A stretch of 64,000 nucleotides of DNA from positions 101,388 to 165,387 of the forward strand of contig CAWBAK010000004.1 of the NCBI GenBank assembly GCA_963786805.1, written 5' to 3'. Position 1 is the first letter of the stretch. Every line of letters begins with the position of its first letter. Made by a program: the position numbers and the translations under genes. Source of the stretch: an uncultured Actinomycetes bacterium. GTDB lineage: Bacteria > Actinomycetota > UBA4738 > HRBIN12. The notes under the pieces were generated by a model that did no database searches, was not told the origin of the DNA, and saw nothing but the letters and a program-made list of their open reading frames with translations. This document shows, one piece after another, positions 1 through 10,529 of the stretch.

Positions 1-1388
1 GCGCGGGACCGGCTGGACCTCCGCCAGGTGCGGCCGAGGCGGGACCGCCCGCTGGACCGCCACCGCCGGGCGCCGCTGGTGCAGGACCGCCTGCGGGACC
101 GCCACCGCCCGGTGCCGCTGGCGCAGGTCCGCCTGCCGGGCCGCCACCGCCGGGCGCCGCTGGCGCGGGACCACCTGCCGGGCCGCCACCGCCCGGTGCC
201 GCTGGTGCGGGACCACCCGCGGGACCGCCACCGCCCGGTGCCGCCGGTGCAGGTCCGCCTGCGGGACCGCCACCGCCGGGCGCCGCTGGTGCGGGACCAC
301 CCGCCGGGCCGCCACCGCCGGGCGCCGCTGGTGCAGGTCCGCCTGCCGGGACCGCCACCGCCCGGTGCCGCCGGCGCGGGTCCGCCTGCTGGGCCGCCAC
401 CGCCGGGCGCCGCTGGTGCGGGACCACCCGCGGGACCGCCACCGCCGGGTGCCGCCGGTGCGGGGCCGCCTGCTGGGCCGCCACCGCCAGGACCCGCGGG
501 AGCGGGACCACCGCCTTGGGCGCCGCGGATCGACTCGGCGACTTCACGCCCGCGCTCTGCGGCCTGCTCGCCGGCACGCTGGAGCTGACGCGCGCCGCGG
601 TCGAGCACTTCGGTCGGCTCGCCACCGGGAGGACCTGCCGCCTGCCCGGCGGCCCGTCCCAGCCGCTGCGCCGCGCGACGAGCGCCGGCGCGGCCGGCGC
701 GACGCAGCCCGTACGACGCGACGGATCCCATAACGCCGACCCCGGCCGGCACTACCGCGGCCGTCGCGAGCGTCAGCGGGACGGCGCAGAACTGCTGGAG
801 CACCACGCCCGCACCGAGCGCGGTCGTCGCACCCCCCGCGAAACCCTGCGCGATCGCCCGGGCGGAGCCGAGCCGCTTCGATCGCAGCAGCGACATCCCC
901 AGGAGGAGCACGCCGCCGGTGCCGACCGCCGCCGCTCCGCCGCCGGCTGCCGTGGTGAGAGGGTTCCGTCCTTCGATGCAGAGGTAGACGCGGCCGAAGC
1001 ACTCGCCGGCGTCGGTCTGCACCTCGGCGGTGACCTCGAATATGCCGACGCCCGCCCACGAGAACTCGTTGAGATCGACCGTCCCGGACCAGTTCCGTCC
1101 GTTCTCGCCCAGCGCCACGTTGCCGACGTTCACGCCGCCGCCCGCGATGTGCACGGTGTAGACGAGACCGGTGACCTGTCCCTCGGCGGTCCCGGCGACC
1201 TGGAGCTGTTGATCGGCGGGCACGTCGATCGCGTTGCCCGGCGTGTCGAAGCCGTCGGTCACGTCGACGCCACCGACCTGGGCCGTGCACGGACCCGTGA
1301 CCTCGGCGAACGCCTGGCCGGGGAACGCCATGACCCACCAGATGCTCATCGCCGCGGCGACGCCGAGCGCACCGAGAGCCCGTCTCAT
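1..1388 (-). CDS. Secreted or membrane protein. It has a signal peptide, a central domain, two or three predicted TM helices and a C-terminal Gly/Pro/Ala 14-aa tandem repeat region. The C-terminus runs off the window, so the CDS is partial.
   Basis: Manual minus-strand translation from ATG 1388 gives MRRALGALGVAAAMSIWWVMAFPGQAFAEVTGPCTAQVGG...LCIEGRNPLTTAAGGGAAAVGTGGVLLLGMSLL...GGGGPAGGPAPAAPGGGGPAGG. The frame stays open to position 1. It is absent from the ORF table because no stop codon lies inside the window. Confidence 0.6.
   Translation of the reverse strand, partial: MRRALGALGVAAAMSIWWVMAFPGQAFAEVTGPCTAQVGGVDVTDGFDTPGNAIDVPADQQLQVAGTAEGQVTGLVYTVHIAGGGVNVGNVALGENGRNWSGTVDLNEFSWAGVGIFEVTAEVQTDAGECFGRVYLCIEGRNPLTTAAGGGAAAVGTGGVLLLGMSLLRSKRLGSARAIAQGFAGGATTALGAGVVLQQFCAVPLTLATAAVVPAGVGVMGSVASYGLRRAGRAGARRAAQRLGRAAGQAAGPPGGEPTEVLDRGARQLQRAGEQAAERGREVAESIRGAQGGGPAPAGPGGGGPAGGPAPAAPGGGGPAGGPAPAAPGGGGPAGGPAPAAPGGGGPGRRTCTSGARRWRPGGWSRTSGARRWRSRRRTCTGGTGRWRSRGWSRTSGTGRWRPGRWSRASGARRWRPGRRTCASGTGRWRSRRRSCTSGARRWRSSGRSRLGRTWRRSSRSR
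15..520. repeat. Imperfect tandem repeat with a ~42-bp period (about 12 copies), lying inside the coding sequence and encoding 14-aa GGGGPAGGPAPAAP units on the minus strand
   Basis: The motif ccaccgcc recurs at positions 60, 102, 144, 186, 228, 270 and 312 (42-bp spacing). The minus-strand translation gives repeated GGGGPAGGPAPAAP. The unit drifts by 1 bp in places. Confidence 0.8.
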
Positions 1389-1428
1389 GACCGCGTCACG
1401 CTATGCCGGGGGCAGGAGGTTCGCAACG

Positions 1429-3646
1429 TCAACCGGCCGAACCCGCGGGTCCGACGCCACCCATCCGGCCCTCGCCGGTCACGTCGAACCGCTGGCCGAA
1501 CGCGTGTACGCCGCGCATCACGATCTTGCCGCACTGCTTCGGCACGTCGGGGTTCAGGACGAGCTTGCCGCGATCGGGCTCGATGCCGAGCATGATCCTC
1601 AGCCACAGGAACGGCGCCGCGGTCGCCCACGCCTGCGGGCTCGACGCGGTGGGATAGCGGACGGGGAAGCGGCTGTCGGTCCTCGGATAGCCGGCGAAGA
1701 CCTCGGGCAGGCGGTACTCGGTGAACGCGGCGGCCTCGAGCAGCGCGAGCGCCACCCGGTTCGCCTCGTTGCGGAACCCGTACCGGTACAGCCCGGCCGA
1801 GACGAGGCAGTTGTCGTGCGGCCAGACCGTTCCGCAGTGGTACGAGATCGGGTTGTACCCGGCGTCGTCCGGTCGAGAGCGTCCGGACGCCCCACCCCGT
1901 CCACATCGACTCGGAGAAGAGCTGCTTCACGACCGTCTTCGCACGGTCCTCCGGGACGATCCCCGACCACAAGCAGATGTCCCATGTTCGAGGTGACCGC
2001 GTCGACCTGCCGCTTCTCGCCGTCGAGCGCCTCGACGTAGTACCCGCCCCGCGCGTCGATCCAGAAGTCGGCGTTGAATCGCTCGTAGAGCTTCGAGGCC
2101 TCCTCGCGAAGCAGCGTGGCGAGTCCGGACTCTCCCCACACCGTCTCGGCGACCTCGGCGATGCGCAGCTTCGCGTCGTACACGTAGCCCTGGATCTCGG
2201 CCATCGCGATCGGACGGTTCGGGATCTGTGCCGTCCGCGAATTGCACGCCCGTCCCAGGAGTCCTTCCATCCCTGGTTGCCGAGTCCCTGGTCCGAACGC
2301 GTGTCGTACTCGACGAAGCCGTCGCCGTCCAGGTCGCCGTGCTCGGCGATCCACTCGAGCGCGCGCAGCACGTTCGGCTTCAGCTCGTGCGCGGTCACGA
2401 CGTCGTTCGTCAGGCGCCAGTACTCCGAGAACAGGATGAGGAACAGCGGCGTCGCGTCGGCCGTTCCGTAGTACGGACGGTGCGGGCGTTCGCCGAGCAC
2501 CGTCAACTCGCCGAAGCGGATCTCGTGGAGGATCTTGCCCGGCTCCTCGTCCTTGAAGTCGTTCACCTCCTTGCCCTGCAGCCCCGAGAGTGCGTACAAC
2601 GCGCCGCGCGCGAGCTCGGGGCCGACGAGCAGCGACATGTACGACGTGATCAACGTGTCCCGGCCGAAGATCGCCATGAACCACGGCAGCCCGGCCGCCG
2701 GCAGCGCGAACTCGTTCCCCTCGACCCCCGCGTACAGCCGCAGCGCGGCGAGGTCCTGCACGGACTTGCGGTAGACGAGCTTCAGCAGGTCCCACCCGGC
2801 CTCGAGCGACGGAACCTCGGCTTCCCAGCGCTCGAGCGCGGGGCTCGTGCCGCGCCACTGCTGCAGCGCCATGCTCGCGGCGCGCGTCTCCGGGGTGACC
2901 GGCTCGAGCTCGCCGGCGTTCAGCCCCACCGTCACCTGGATCCTGGTCTTCCACGTCTCGCGCGGCTCCAAGTGCACGCTCCAGAGGAGATCCTCGCCCT
3001 CCAGCGTGGCCGGCTCGGTCGAATGCACACGCGTCGCCGCGCTGAAGTCGCCGTGGTCGTACGTGTAGACGATGGTCGACTTCTCCTCATCGTGCGCGAC
3101 GCTGAACTCGCCGCGCTTGCGGAACCGCATGTCTTTGACCTCGAACAGGTCGGCGAAGTCGGCGCCGACGCTCAGCCGGACGGGGAGCGAAACCGCCTCG
3201 CTCGCGTGGTTCGTGAGCACGATCACCTCGGTGAGGCCGTTGCCGATGTAGCGGTAGCGCTGGATCGAGATCGTGTGGGGCGGGATCCCCGGCATCTCGT
3301 TATTCGTCATGAAGAACGCGGCCGAGAAGTGGTCGACGCTGTTCGAGGTGAGCACGGCCGGCCGCGTGTCGCCCACGTGCAGGACGAAGCGAGAGATGTG
3401 CCGGGTGTCCTCGTGGAACATGCCGGCGATCGAGCCGCCCATCACGTCGCCCCGGTGATCCGAGAGCATGAACGTGGAACCCTCGAGCACCTGGAGCCAC
3501 TCGACCTCGGTGCTCTCCTGCCCACCGGGGATGTTCTCGGGCGCCGGCGTCGCCTCGGGTTCTCCGGCCGAAAGGTCGGCGCCGCAATGCATGCAGAACC
3601 GAGCCTCGTCGGGCGAATGTCCTCCGCAGGTGGCACAGGCCCGCAT
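1429..3646 (-). CDS. GDE-family glycogen debranching enzyme (GDE_N and GDE_C, amylo-alpha-1,6-glucosidase-like) with an N-terminal CxxC...CxxC zinc ribbon. The reading frame changes at least three times, so this is either a pseudogene or an assembly with indels.
   Basis: ORF 1385..3646 starts MRACATCGG...CMHCGA and continues with GDE motifs (GWKDSWD, HLLWSGIVPEDRAKTV...WGVRTLS). The conserved segment IAMAEIQGYVYDAKLR lies in a second frame (ORF 1599..2954). The C-terminal PEVFAGYP...PQAWATAAPF lies in a third frame (ORF 1429..1755). Confidence 0.6.
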
Positions 3647-3708
3647 CGGCGGGAGTGTAGGCGCGGGTTGCCCGCCGCGCTAGCGACCTCGGTGGTAGAA
3701 AGGTCTCC

Positions 3709-4383
3709 ATGCACCCTTCCTCGGAGACGTCCGTGCGCGCCGCGACCGCCGCGATCGAGCTCCGAGGCGTGACGCGGCTGTTCGGCACCATCCCCGCGAT
3801 CGTGCGCGCGAACCTCCGCGTCGAGCGCGGCGAGGTCGTCGTGCTGCGCGGGCCGAACGGAGCGGGCAAGACCACGCTCCTTCGCATCGCGGCGACGGCC
3901 CTGTCCCCGACGTACGGCCGCGGGTCGATCCTGGGCTTCGACCTCGAGCGCGAGCGCGAGGAGATCCGCCTCCGGTCCGACCTCCTCTCGCACCGAACCC
4001 GGCTGTACGAGGACCTCAGCGCCGCCGAGAACCTCGCGTTCTGGTGCCGCCTCCTCGGCCTCGACGCCGCGGGGATCGATGCGGCGCTCGAGCGCGTCGG
4101 CATGCTCGAGGTCGCCGGCGAACGCGTCCGCGGGTTCTCGCAGGGGATGCGGCAACGGATCGCCGTCGCGCGAACGATCCTGCGGCGGCCGGACCTGCTC
4201 CTGCTCGACGAGCCGTACACCGGACTCGACGCCGAGGCTCGCCACGCGGTCGACGACCTGATCCGCGAGGCGGCACGCGACGGTCGTACCGTTCTCATGG
4301 CGACCCATCACCCGGCGCCCGAGGCACTCGCACATCGCGAGCTCCACGTCGACGGCGGACGGATCGTCCGGGAGGCGCCGTGA
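3709..4383 (+). CDS. ccmA: Heme exporter ATP-binding protein CcmA (ABC ATPase)
   Basis: Walker A motif GPNGAGKTT, an ABC signature, and the Walker B motif LLLLDEP. The gene is followed directly by ccmB with a GTGA start/stop overlap. Confidence 0.8.
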   Translation: MHPSSETSVRAATAAIELRGVTRLFGTIPAIVRANLRVERGEVVVLRGPNGAGKTTLLRIAATALSPTYGRGSILGFDLEREREEIRLRSDLLSHRTRLYEDLSAAENLAFWCRLLGLDAAGIDAALERVGMLEVAGERVRGFSQGMRQRIAVARTILRRPDLLLLDEPYTGLDAEARHAVDDLIREAARDGRTVLMATHHPAPEALAHRELHVDGGRIVREAP

Positions 4384-5090
4384 CCGCCCGCGCGGAGGAC
4401 GTCGCGGCCAGGAGCCCGGTCCCGTTCCTCCGACAGGCGATGGCGATCGCCGCCAAGGACCTGCGGATCGAGATCCGAGGGCGGCACGCGCTCGGGACGC
4501 TGCTCCCGTTCGCGGCCACGCTGCTCGTGTCGTTCGGGTTCGCGTTCGGTCCGGGCCGCGACATCCTCGAGCGAACCGCGCCCGGTCTGCTGTGGATGGC
4601 GATGCTCTTCGCCGCCGTGATGGCGGCGCGACGTTCGTATCAGGCCGAGACCGAGGACGACGCGCTCGAGGGATTGCTCCTCGCGCCCGTCGACAAGGCC
4701 GCCGTGTTCCTCGGCAAGGCGACCGCGGTGGCGCTCGAGCTGCTCGCGCTCGTGGTCGCCGTGCTGCTGATGGTGGTCGTGCTGTTCGACCTGTCGCCCG
4801 GGAACCCGCTCGCGCTCCTGGCGGCGTTCGCGCTCGGCACGGTGGGACTCGCCGCGGTCGGCGGGTTGTTCGGCGTCGTCGCCGAGGCCGAGCGCACGCG
4901 CGAGGCCGTGTTCCCGATGCTCGTGCTGCCGCTCGTCACGCCGGTGCTGATCGCCGGCGTGCGCGCGACCGACCTCGCGACGACGGGTCAGGCGGGCGAG
5001 GCGGCGCAATGGCTCGGGCTGCTCCTCGCGTTCGACATCGTGTTCGTGTCGGTCGGCATCCTCGTCTTCGGCCATCTGATGGAGGACTGA
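4380..5090 (+). CDS. ccmB: Heme exporter permease CcmB
   Basis: A polytopic TM protein lying between ccmA and ccmC. The GTG start at 4380 is preceded by the SD sequence ggaggcgcc and overlaps the ccmA stop codon. Confidence 0.7.
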   Translation: MTARAEDVAARSPVPFLRQAMAIAAKDLRIEIRGRHALGTLLPFAATLLVSFGFAFGPGRDILERTAPGLLWMAMLFAAVMAARRSYQAETEDDALEGLLLAPVDKAAVFLGKATAVALELLALVVAVLLMVVVLFDLSPGNPLALLAAFALGTVGLAAVGGLFGVVAEAERTREAVFPMLVLPLVTPVLIAGVRATDLATTGQAGEAAQWLGLLLAFDIVFVSVGILVFGHLMED

Positions 5091-5178
5091 GTGGACGTCG
5101 CGGCGCGCGGCCTCGGCAAGGCGACGTCCCGGAGCGGAGAGCGCGTGCTCGGCATCGCGGCGCTGGTCCGCGGTCGTC

Positions 5179-5829
5179 GTGAGCGCGACCCTCTCGCTGG
5201 TCGTCGCGCCGCCCGACGCCGTGCAGGGCGAGGTTCAGCGGTTGATGTACGTGCACGTGCCCGCCGCGTGGCTCGCGTACCTGTCGTTCTTCGTGGTGTT
5301 CGTGGCGAGCGTCGCGTACCTGAAGACGCGCCGGATCCGGTGGGACCGGATCGCCGCCGCCTCCGCCGAGATCGGCGTGCTGTTCACCGCGCTCGCGATC
5401 GCGCTCGGCGCGCTGTGGGGCAAGCCGATCTGGGGCACCTGGTGGACGTGGGACCCGAGGCTGACCACCACGGCGATGCTGCTGCTCATCTACCTGGCGT
5501 ACCTTGCGGTGCGCCGGGTCGTCGACAATCCCTCACGTCGTGCGCGCTGGGCGGCGGTGATCGGCATCGTTGGCTTCGTGGACGTGCCGATCGTGCACCT
5601 CTCGGTCGTATGGTGGCGATCGCTGCACCAGCAGGCGACGCTGCTTCGTGTCGGCGGTCCGGAGATCCACGGCTCGATGCTCGCGGCGCTGCTCGTCGGC
5701 GTCGTGGCCTTCACCCTTGTGTACGCGTATCTGATGACGCTCCGCCTCCGCGTCGGCCGTCTCGAGGAGCGCGCGGTGCGCGAAGCGCTCTCGCCGCAGG
5801 TCGGCGAGCTCGAGGAGGCCGACGTCTGA
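5179..5829 (+). CDS. ccmC: Heme exporter protein CcmC
   Basis: The conserved segment RLMYVHVPAAW and a Trp-rich WGTWWTWDPRL loop are present. The start is a GTG at 5179, and there is no canonical in-frame start upstream back to the stop codon at 5077. Confidence 0.75.
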   Translation: MSATLSLVVAPPDAVQGEVQRLMYVHVPAAWLAYLSFFVVFVASVAYLKTRRIRWDRIAAASAEIGVLFTALAIALGALWGKPIWGTWWTWDPRLTTTAMLLLIYLAYLAVRRVVDNPSRRARWAAVIGIVGFVDVPIVHLSVVWWRSLHQQATLLRVGGPEIHGSMLAALLVGVVAFTLVYAYLMTLRLRVGRLEERAVREALSPQVGELEEADV

Positions 5830-5972
5830 TGGACGAGAACGTCGGCTACGTCGTCGCCGGCTACGCGATCACGGCGGTCGCGCTCGGCGGGTACGTCCTC
5901 AGACTCTTCGCCCGCGCTCGCGAGGCACATCGCCGCGCTGAGGCGGTTGCCGCCCGCCACGGTCGCAGATAA
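5829..5972 (+). CDS. ccmD: Small single-TM protein CcmD (47 aa)
   Basis: The ATG at 5829 overlaps the ccmC TGA (TGATG). The product MDENVGYVVAGYAITAVALGGYVLRLFARAREAHRRAEAVAARHGRR has a hydrophobic helix followed by a basic tail, as expected for CcmD. It is not listed as a separate entry in the ORF table. Confidence 0.6.
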   Translation: MDENVGYVVAGYAITAVALGGYVLRLFARAREAHRRAEAVAARHGRR

Positions 5973-6180
5973 GAAGCACCCACCCGCACGCCCTGAAGTC
6001 AGTCCGTCAGGGAGAGTCCAGCACGGAACGAGCCGCTGCCTCCTGTCGAGAACCAAGCTCGTCACACGGATGCCGAGGACTCATCCAAGAGGTCGTCGAG
6101 CTCCGAATCATCTCGCTCGTGACTCTGTCGTCGCCGTCATCGATGTCGCGCATCACGTGCTCCGAGCTCTCTGGGAACGA

Positions 6181-8755
6181 CTATGGCACCTGGACTGGGT
6201 CGCTGCTGTTGCCCGGGATGTCCGAGACCACCATCTGCTTCAGCAGGATCTTCGACGACAACCCGTTCGGGTAGAAGCCGTCGAGCGCGCGGAGGAAGTA
6301 CGGCGGCAGGTGCCGCAGGTGCATCACGACGTTCACCGTGACCTCCTGTCCACCGAACTGGCTCACGTCGAACAGATAGACGAAGGTGCGCTCGCGGTCG
6401 TCGTCGCCCTTCGTGTTGAACCGGTCGTCGTAGGGCTTCAGGGCGCCCATCGCCTGCTGGTCGGCGACGCGGATCTGGTTCTTCACGATGTCGGGTTGCA
6501 ACGACTGGTACGGCACCTCGATGAACGTTCCGTCGTCGTCGGGATCCCCGTCGGTCAGGATCTTCTGGAAGTTCGCGAGCCACGGGTCGCAGTCGTCGAG
6601 CGGGCTCGGCGTGAAGATCTGCACGGTCGAGTTCAACTCGGTGCCGAAGCGATCGGCGACCTCGATCGGGTCGCACGGCTTGAGGTCCTCCCTGGGGTTC
6701 GCGATCGTGCCCGACGAGCACGGCGACGCGATCCCGTTCGGGATCCGGCAGCTTCGTGGCCGGGTCGATCGGCGTGAGGCAGACCTCCTCCCCGTCCGCG
6801 GTCGTCGCCGACACCTCCAGCCACCACTGGCGCGCGAACGCGAACCCCGTCGGGAAGTCGTGACCGATGAACCCGGTCCGCACGGTGACCTCGGCGGGAA
6901 GGATGTCCGCCGACACGTCTCGTACGCGAACCTCGGCCTGGATCGTGACGCCCGAGTTGATGAGGCCCTCTCGCAGACCGAGCACCTCCGCCGTCGCGTC
7001 TCCCCCACCGACGCCGAGCCCCGCGTAGTGCCCCGGCTCGAGGTCGTAGTCCACGCCGATGAACGCGTGCGAGTGCAGCGTCCGATCGGGAAGGTCGAGG
7101 TTCCCCGGCGCGTCGTCGACCGCCGGCCCGGTGCTGGAGAGCATGTGGCACGTCGCGCACGGGACGCCGCCCTGGTCGTTGGCGAGATAGTCCTCCCACT
7201 CGTCGAACGTGGTCTGGAGCACGAGATCCTCGATGAGGCCGCTCCCGTCGACGTCGATCGCGTCGGCGATGCCGTCCTCGTCCCGGTCCACCTCGACGAG
7301 CTCGTTCTCGTCGAGCTTGCCGTCGCCGTCCTCGTCGTTCCCGCTCTCGTCCGCCTCCTCATCGCCGAACGGCGAGAAGCCGTCGCCCTCGATGTCGGCC
7401 TTCACGTTGTGGCACGAGCCGCACAGCTGGAAGGTGTTGAGCTCGTTCGTCATGAACCCCTGCGCGGTCTGATGGTCGGGAACCGGGAGCGGCGGATCGC
7501 CGCCGAGCGGCGGCCCGAACACCGTGCCGAAGTCGCGGTCGCCGGCTCGGCCGACCGGGAAGTCGTCCTGGCCGCCGCGGAGCTCGCCGGGGATCTCGCT
7601 CACGGAGTGGCAGGTCCAGCACGTGATCCCCTCGGAGACCACCGGGGCGCCGCCTTCCCCGGGGAGCGGGAAGGTGTCGTTCGGGGTGATCTGCATCCCG
7701 ATCGGCGCATGGCAGTTCGTGCAGAGCGCCCCGATGTTCGGGTCGATCTGGAGCGCGAGCGCGGTCTGCGCGACCGTCGTCGGACTGGTCTGCGCGACCG
7801 AGTGGACCGCGAGGTTCCACTCGCGAACGATGTCGCTGTGGCAGTCGGCGCACTGGCCCGAGTCGGGGAACGCCTGCGCCTCTTCGGCGAAGACCTTGTT
7901 GTCGATCCCGAGGACGTCTGCGACGTGGATCGCGATCGCCGCGCCGAGCGCGACCGCGAGCGGCAGATGCAGGAGCTTCCAGCCCTGCAGCATGCGGTGG
8001 TACCGCTCCTGCTTGGGCTCGCGGCCTTTGTAGCGCTCGAGCCGTTCGGCCAGCGCCCGGAGCTCCTGCCACGAGGCCTGCTCCTGGACCGCGAGCGTCG
8101 CGGCTCGCCCGTCGAGCTCGGCGACCTTGGTCTTGCCTCGCAAGAGCTCGTCGGCCAGACGCCGAAGCTCGTCGGAGGCCCCGGCGAGCGTCTTCTCGAT
8201 CTCGACCTCGATCTGCTCGCGGCGCGACCGAGTGTCCTTGAGCGAGAGGTTGCCCACCTTGCCGGGGATCCCGCGCGGAACCGTGACGTAGACGATGCGC
8301 CACGCGATGCCCGACACGACGAGGACGACCAGGATCGCGAGCGTGATCTTGCCGGTCGTGATCCGAGAGTTGATCGGATAGAGCCACCAGTGCACGACGA
8401 TCGCGAACGTCGCCACGAGGCCGAGCCAGACGTGCGCCTTGAGCCAGGTCATCATCGTGCCGGGCAGGTGCTCCTGCAGCACGCGCCGGCGTTTGCGCGC
8501 CGAGTAGAACGCGGTGAGGAGCATCAGCACGACGGCGATGAGCCCGGTTCCGGCGAGGAGCAGGAACGCGGCGCCCGCGTCTCCGCCGTCGTCCTGCGCC
8601 GTCTTCAGCATCGACAGGGCGAGCGCGACGATCGCTCCGCCGATCAGGCCGGCGAGGATCATCCACGGCCAGGGGCGCTCCAGCAGCTTCCTCGGCCGCT
8701 CGGGCTGCACGCCCGGCCTGGCGCGAGGACCCTTCGGCTTGGTTGCCTTGCTCAC
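6181..8755 (-). CDS. Membrane-anchored pentaheme c-type cytochrome. N-terminal TM helices and a coiled-coil region are followed by five CxxCH motifs and Asp-rich Ca-binding-like repeats. There is one apparent frameshift near 6700-6740.
   Basis: Heme-binding motifs CADCH, CTNCH, CWTCH, CGSCH and CATCH. Asp-rich repeats include DEDGDGKLDENELVEVDRDEDGIADAIDVDGSG and DGDPDDDGTF. The probable start is GTG 8755 (VSKATKPKG...), which overlaps the upstream gene's stop codon (GTGA). The C-terminal 150 aa continue in the frame of ORF 6181..7362 (NSTVQIFTPSPLDDCDPW...SSDPVQVP), whereas the original frame runs on into Arg-rich nonsense. Confidence 0.7.
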
Positions 8756-10529
8756 GCCCCGCTCTTCTTCATCTCGAGCCCGATGAGGACGTCGTTGCGA
8801 CCGAACACCTCGACGGGGTCGACGCGCATCGCCGCGCCGACCGGGCAGGCGTGCACGCAGGCGTAGTAGTCGTAGCCGGCGCACAGGTCGCACTTCACGG
8901 CGAGCTTCTGCTTGATGCCCTCGGTCGGATCGGCCTTCGCGTCGCGCTTGCGCGGGATGATCTTCGAGAGGATCCCCTTCGCGCGCTCGTCCTCGATGTC
9001 GTGCATCTGGATGTTGTCGTACGGGCAGCGCTCGGCGCACGCGCCGCACCCGATGCAGTTGTCCGGGACGATGCGGATCTCGCCGTCGGGCTCGCGGACG
9101 ATGCCGTTCACCGAGCAGAGCAGGCAGACCGGATCCTCGCAGTGACGGCAGGCCGAGGGGAACAGCAGGTTGCCGAGCTGCAGCCCGCTTCGCTCCAGGC
9201 GCGAGTACCCATGGCGGCGCCCGCAGGCGTCGACGCAGTTGTCGCAGTCGATGCAGATCGCGGTGTCGATCAGCAGGACCTCGTGACCCTGCATGACGCC
9301 GCGGTCCAGGAGGCCCTCGAGCGACATCATCTGCGAGCTGGCGCGGTCCTTCGGCGGCGGCCGCAGCGCCGAGCCGCCCATCTGCAGCAGGCCCTCCTCG
9401 GCGCGCGTGGCCTCGTCGATCAGCGTGCGCCGCAGCTCCGGGCTCTTCTCGAGGAGGGCGACCACGACCGCCCCGGGGATCGTCACGACCTCCGAGCGCG
9501 TGTTCGCGCTCACCGTGGCCGACTGGAGCTGGTTGAACAGCAGCGCCACGCCGCCGAACGCGTCGCCCGAGCGGAAGTACTGCAGGACGCGCTCCTCGGC
9601 GCCGAACGTGCGGGCGACGCGCAGGAACCCCGACCGCACCAGGTGCAGGTCGCCCGGCTGGTCGCCCTCGCGGAACACGACCTCGCCGGGCATGAGCACC
9701 CGGAACTGCGCGCGGTCGAGCAGCTCTCCGACGGCGTCGTCCGGCAGTCCGGCCAGGAGCGGCGCCGTCCGCGCGTGCGTCCAGACGGCCTTGCGACGGT
9801 ACAGCTCGTCCATCGTGCTCTTGAATCTGGCCGCCTCCCGCATCAGGCGGAACACCGTGGCCTTGGGGAACTCGAGGACCGTGGCGGAGTGCACCGCGGT
9901 GATCGTGAACGGTTCCTCCTGGTTGCCCATCACGGCCATCTCGCCGTGGAACGATCCCGGGCCGAGCAGCAGGATCCGCGCCGCCTCGCCGAGCCCCAAC
10001 GACGCGACCTGCTCGACGTTGCCGTCGACGATGACGAACATCCGCTCGTGGAACTCGCCCTCACGGACGAGGACCTCGCCTGGATCGAGGCGGCGCATCG
10101 TCGTCGACAGGAGCGCGCGTCGGATCGCCGGCTCCTCTACGCCCTCGAACAGCGGCAGCGTGGTCAGGTGGCTCGCCAGCGCGTGGAGCGTCCAGCCGGA
10201 CCCCGAGATGTTCGGCCCGACCTGCAGGGGCATCTCGCGGTCGGGCGCGACCTCCTCGACCTTCATCTTGTTGTAGAGCACGATGTCGGCGCGGTGCAGG
10301 TCGGCCGGACAGACCGGCACGCACTGCTGGCACTGGGTGCACGCCTGCACGAACTCGATCACGCTCGCCGAGACGATCCGCTCGTCGAGCACCGCGTGGT
10401 TCAGCTCGGCGATCGTCACGTGTCGCGCTTCGGGAAGCGGGCACGCGAGCAGGCAGTCGTTGCAGCCGATGCAGGCCATGATCTCCCGCTCTGCCTCGTT
10501 GCGGAGTGAGTCGAGGAAGTCGACCTGCA
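8752..10529 (-). CDS. Iron-sulfur protein with two N-terminal [4Fe-4S] motifs, two cyclic-nucleotide-binding (Crp-like) domains and a C-terminal multi-cluster ferredoxin domain
   Basis: Cys motifs CIGCNDCLLACP and CTQCQQCVPVCP; two cNMP-binding domains (FGEMAV..., FGGVALL...); then CIDCDNCVDAC, CRHCEDPVCLLC, CIGCGACAERCP and CDLCAGYDYYACVHACP. The ATG at 10529 (MQVDFLDSL) is preceded by the SD sequence ggaggcgcc and overlaps the upstream stop codon (TGATG). Confidence 0.7.

Noticed and set aside
15-520. Possible CRISPR array
   Set aside because: The units are contiguous with no spacers. They are GC-rich, in frame, and encode a Gly/Pro/Ala peptide repeat, so this is a coding tandem repeat.
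1385-1388. ATGA translational coupling between the GDE gene and the downstream secreted-protein gene
   Set aside because: The stop at 1385 belongs to a frame of the GDE gene that is probably not the true C-terminal frame. The conserved C-terminus ends at 1429 in another frame, so the coupling cannot be asserted.
516-1595. Long plus- and minus-strand ORFs (516..1595 +, 544..1338 -, 365..733 +) over the repeat and the secreted-protein gene
   Set aside because: The translations are Arg/Pro-rich with no domain-like features. They overlap the convincingly coding minus-strand frame and are typical high-GC antisense or off-frame artefacts.
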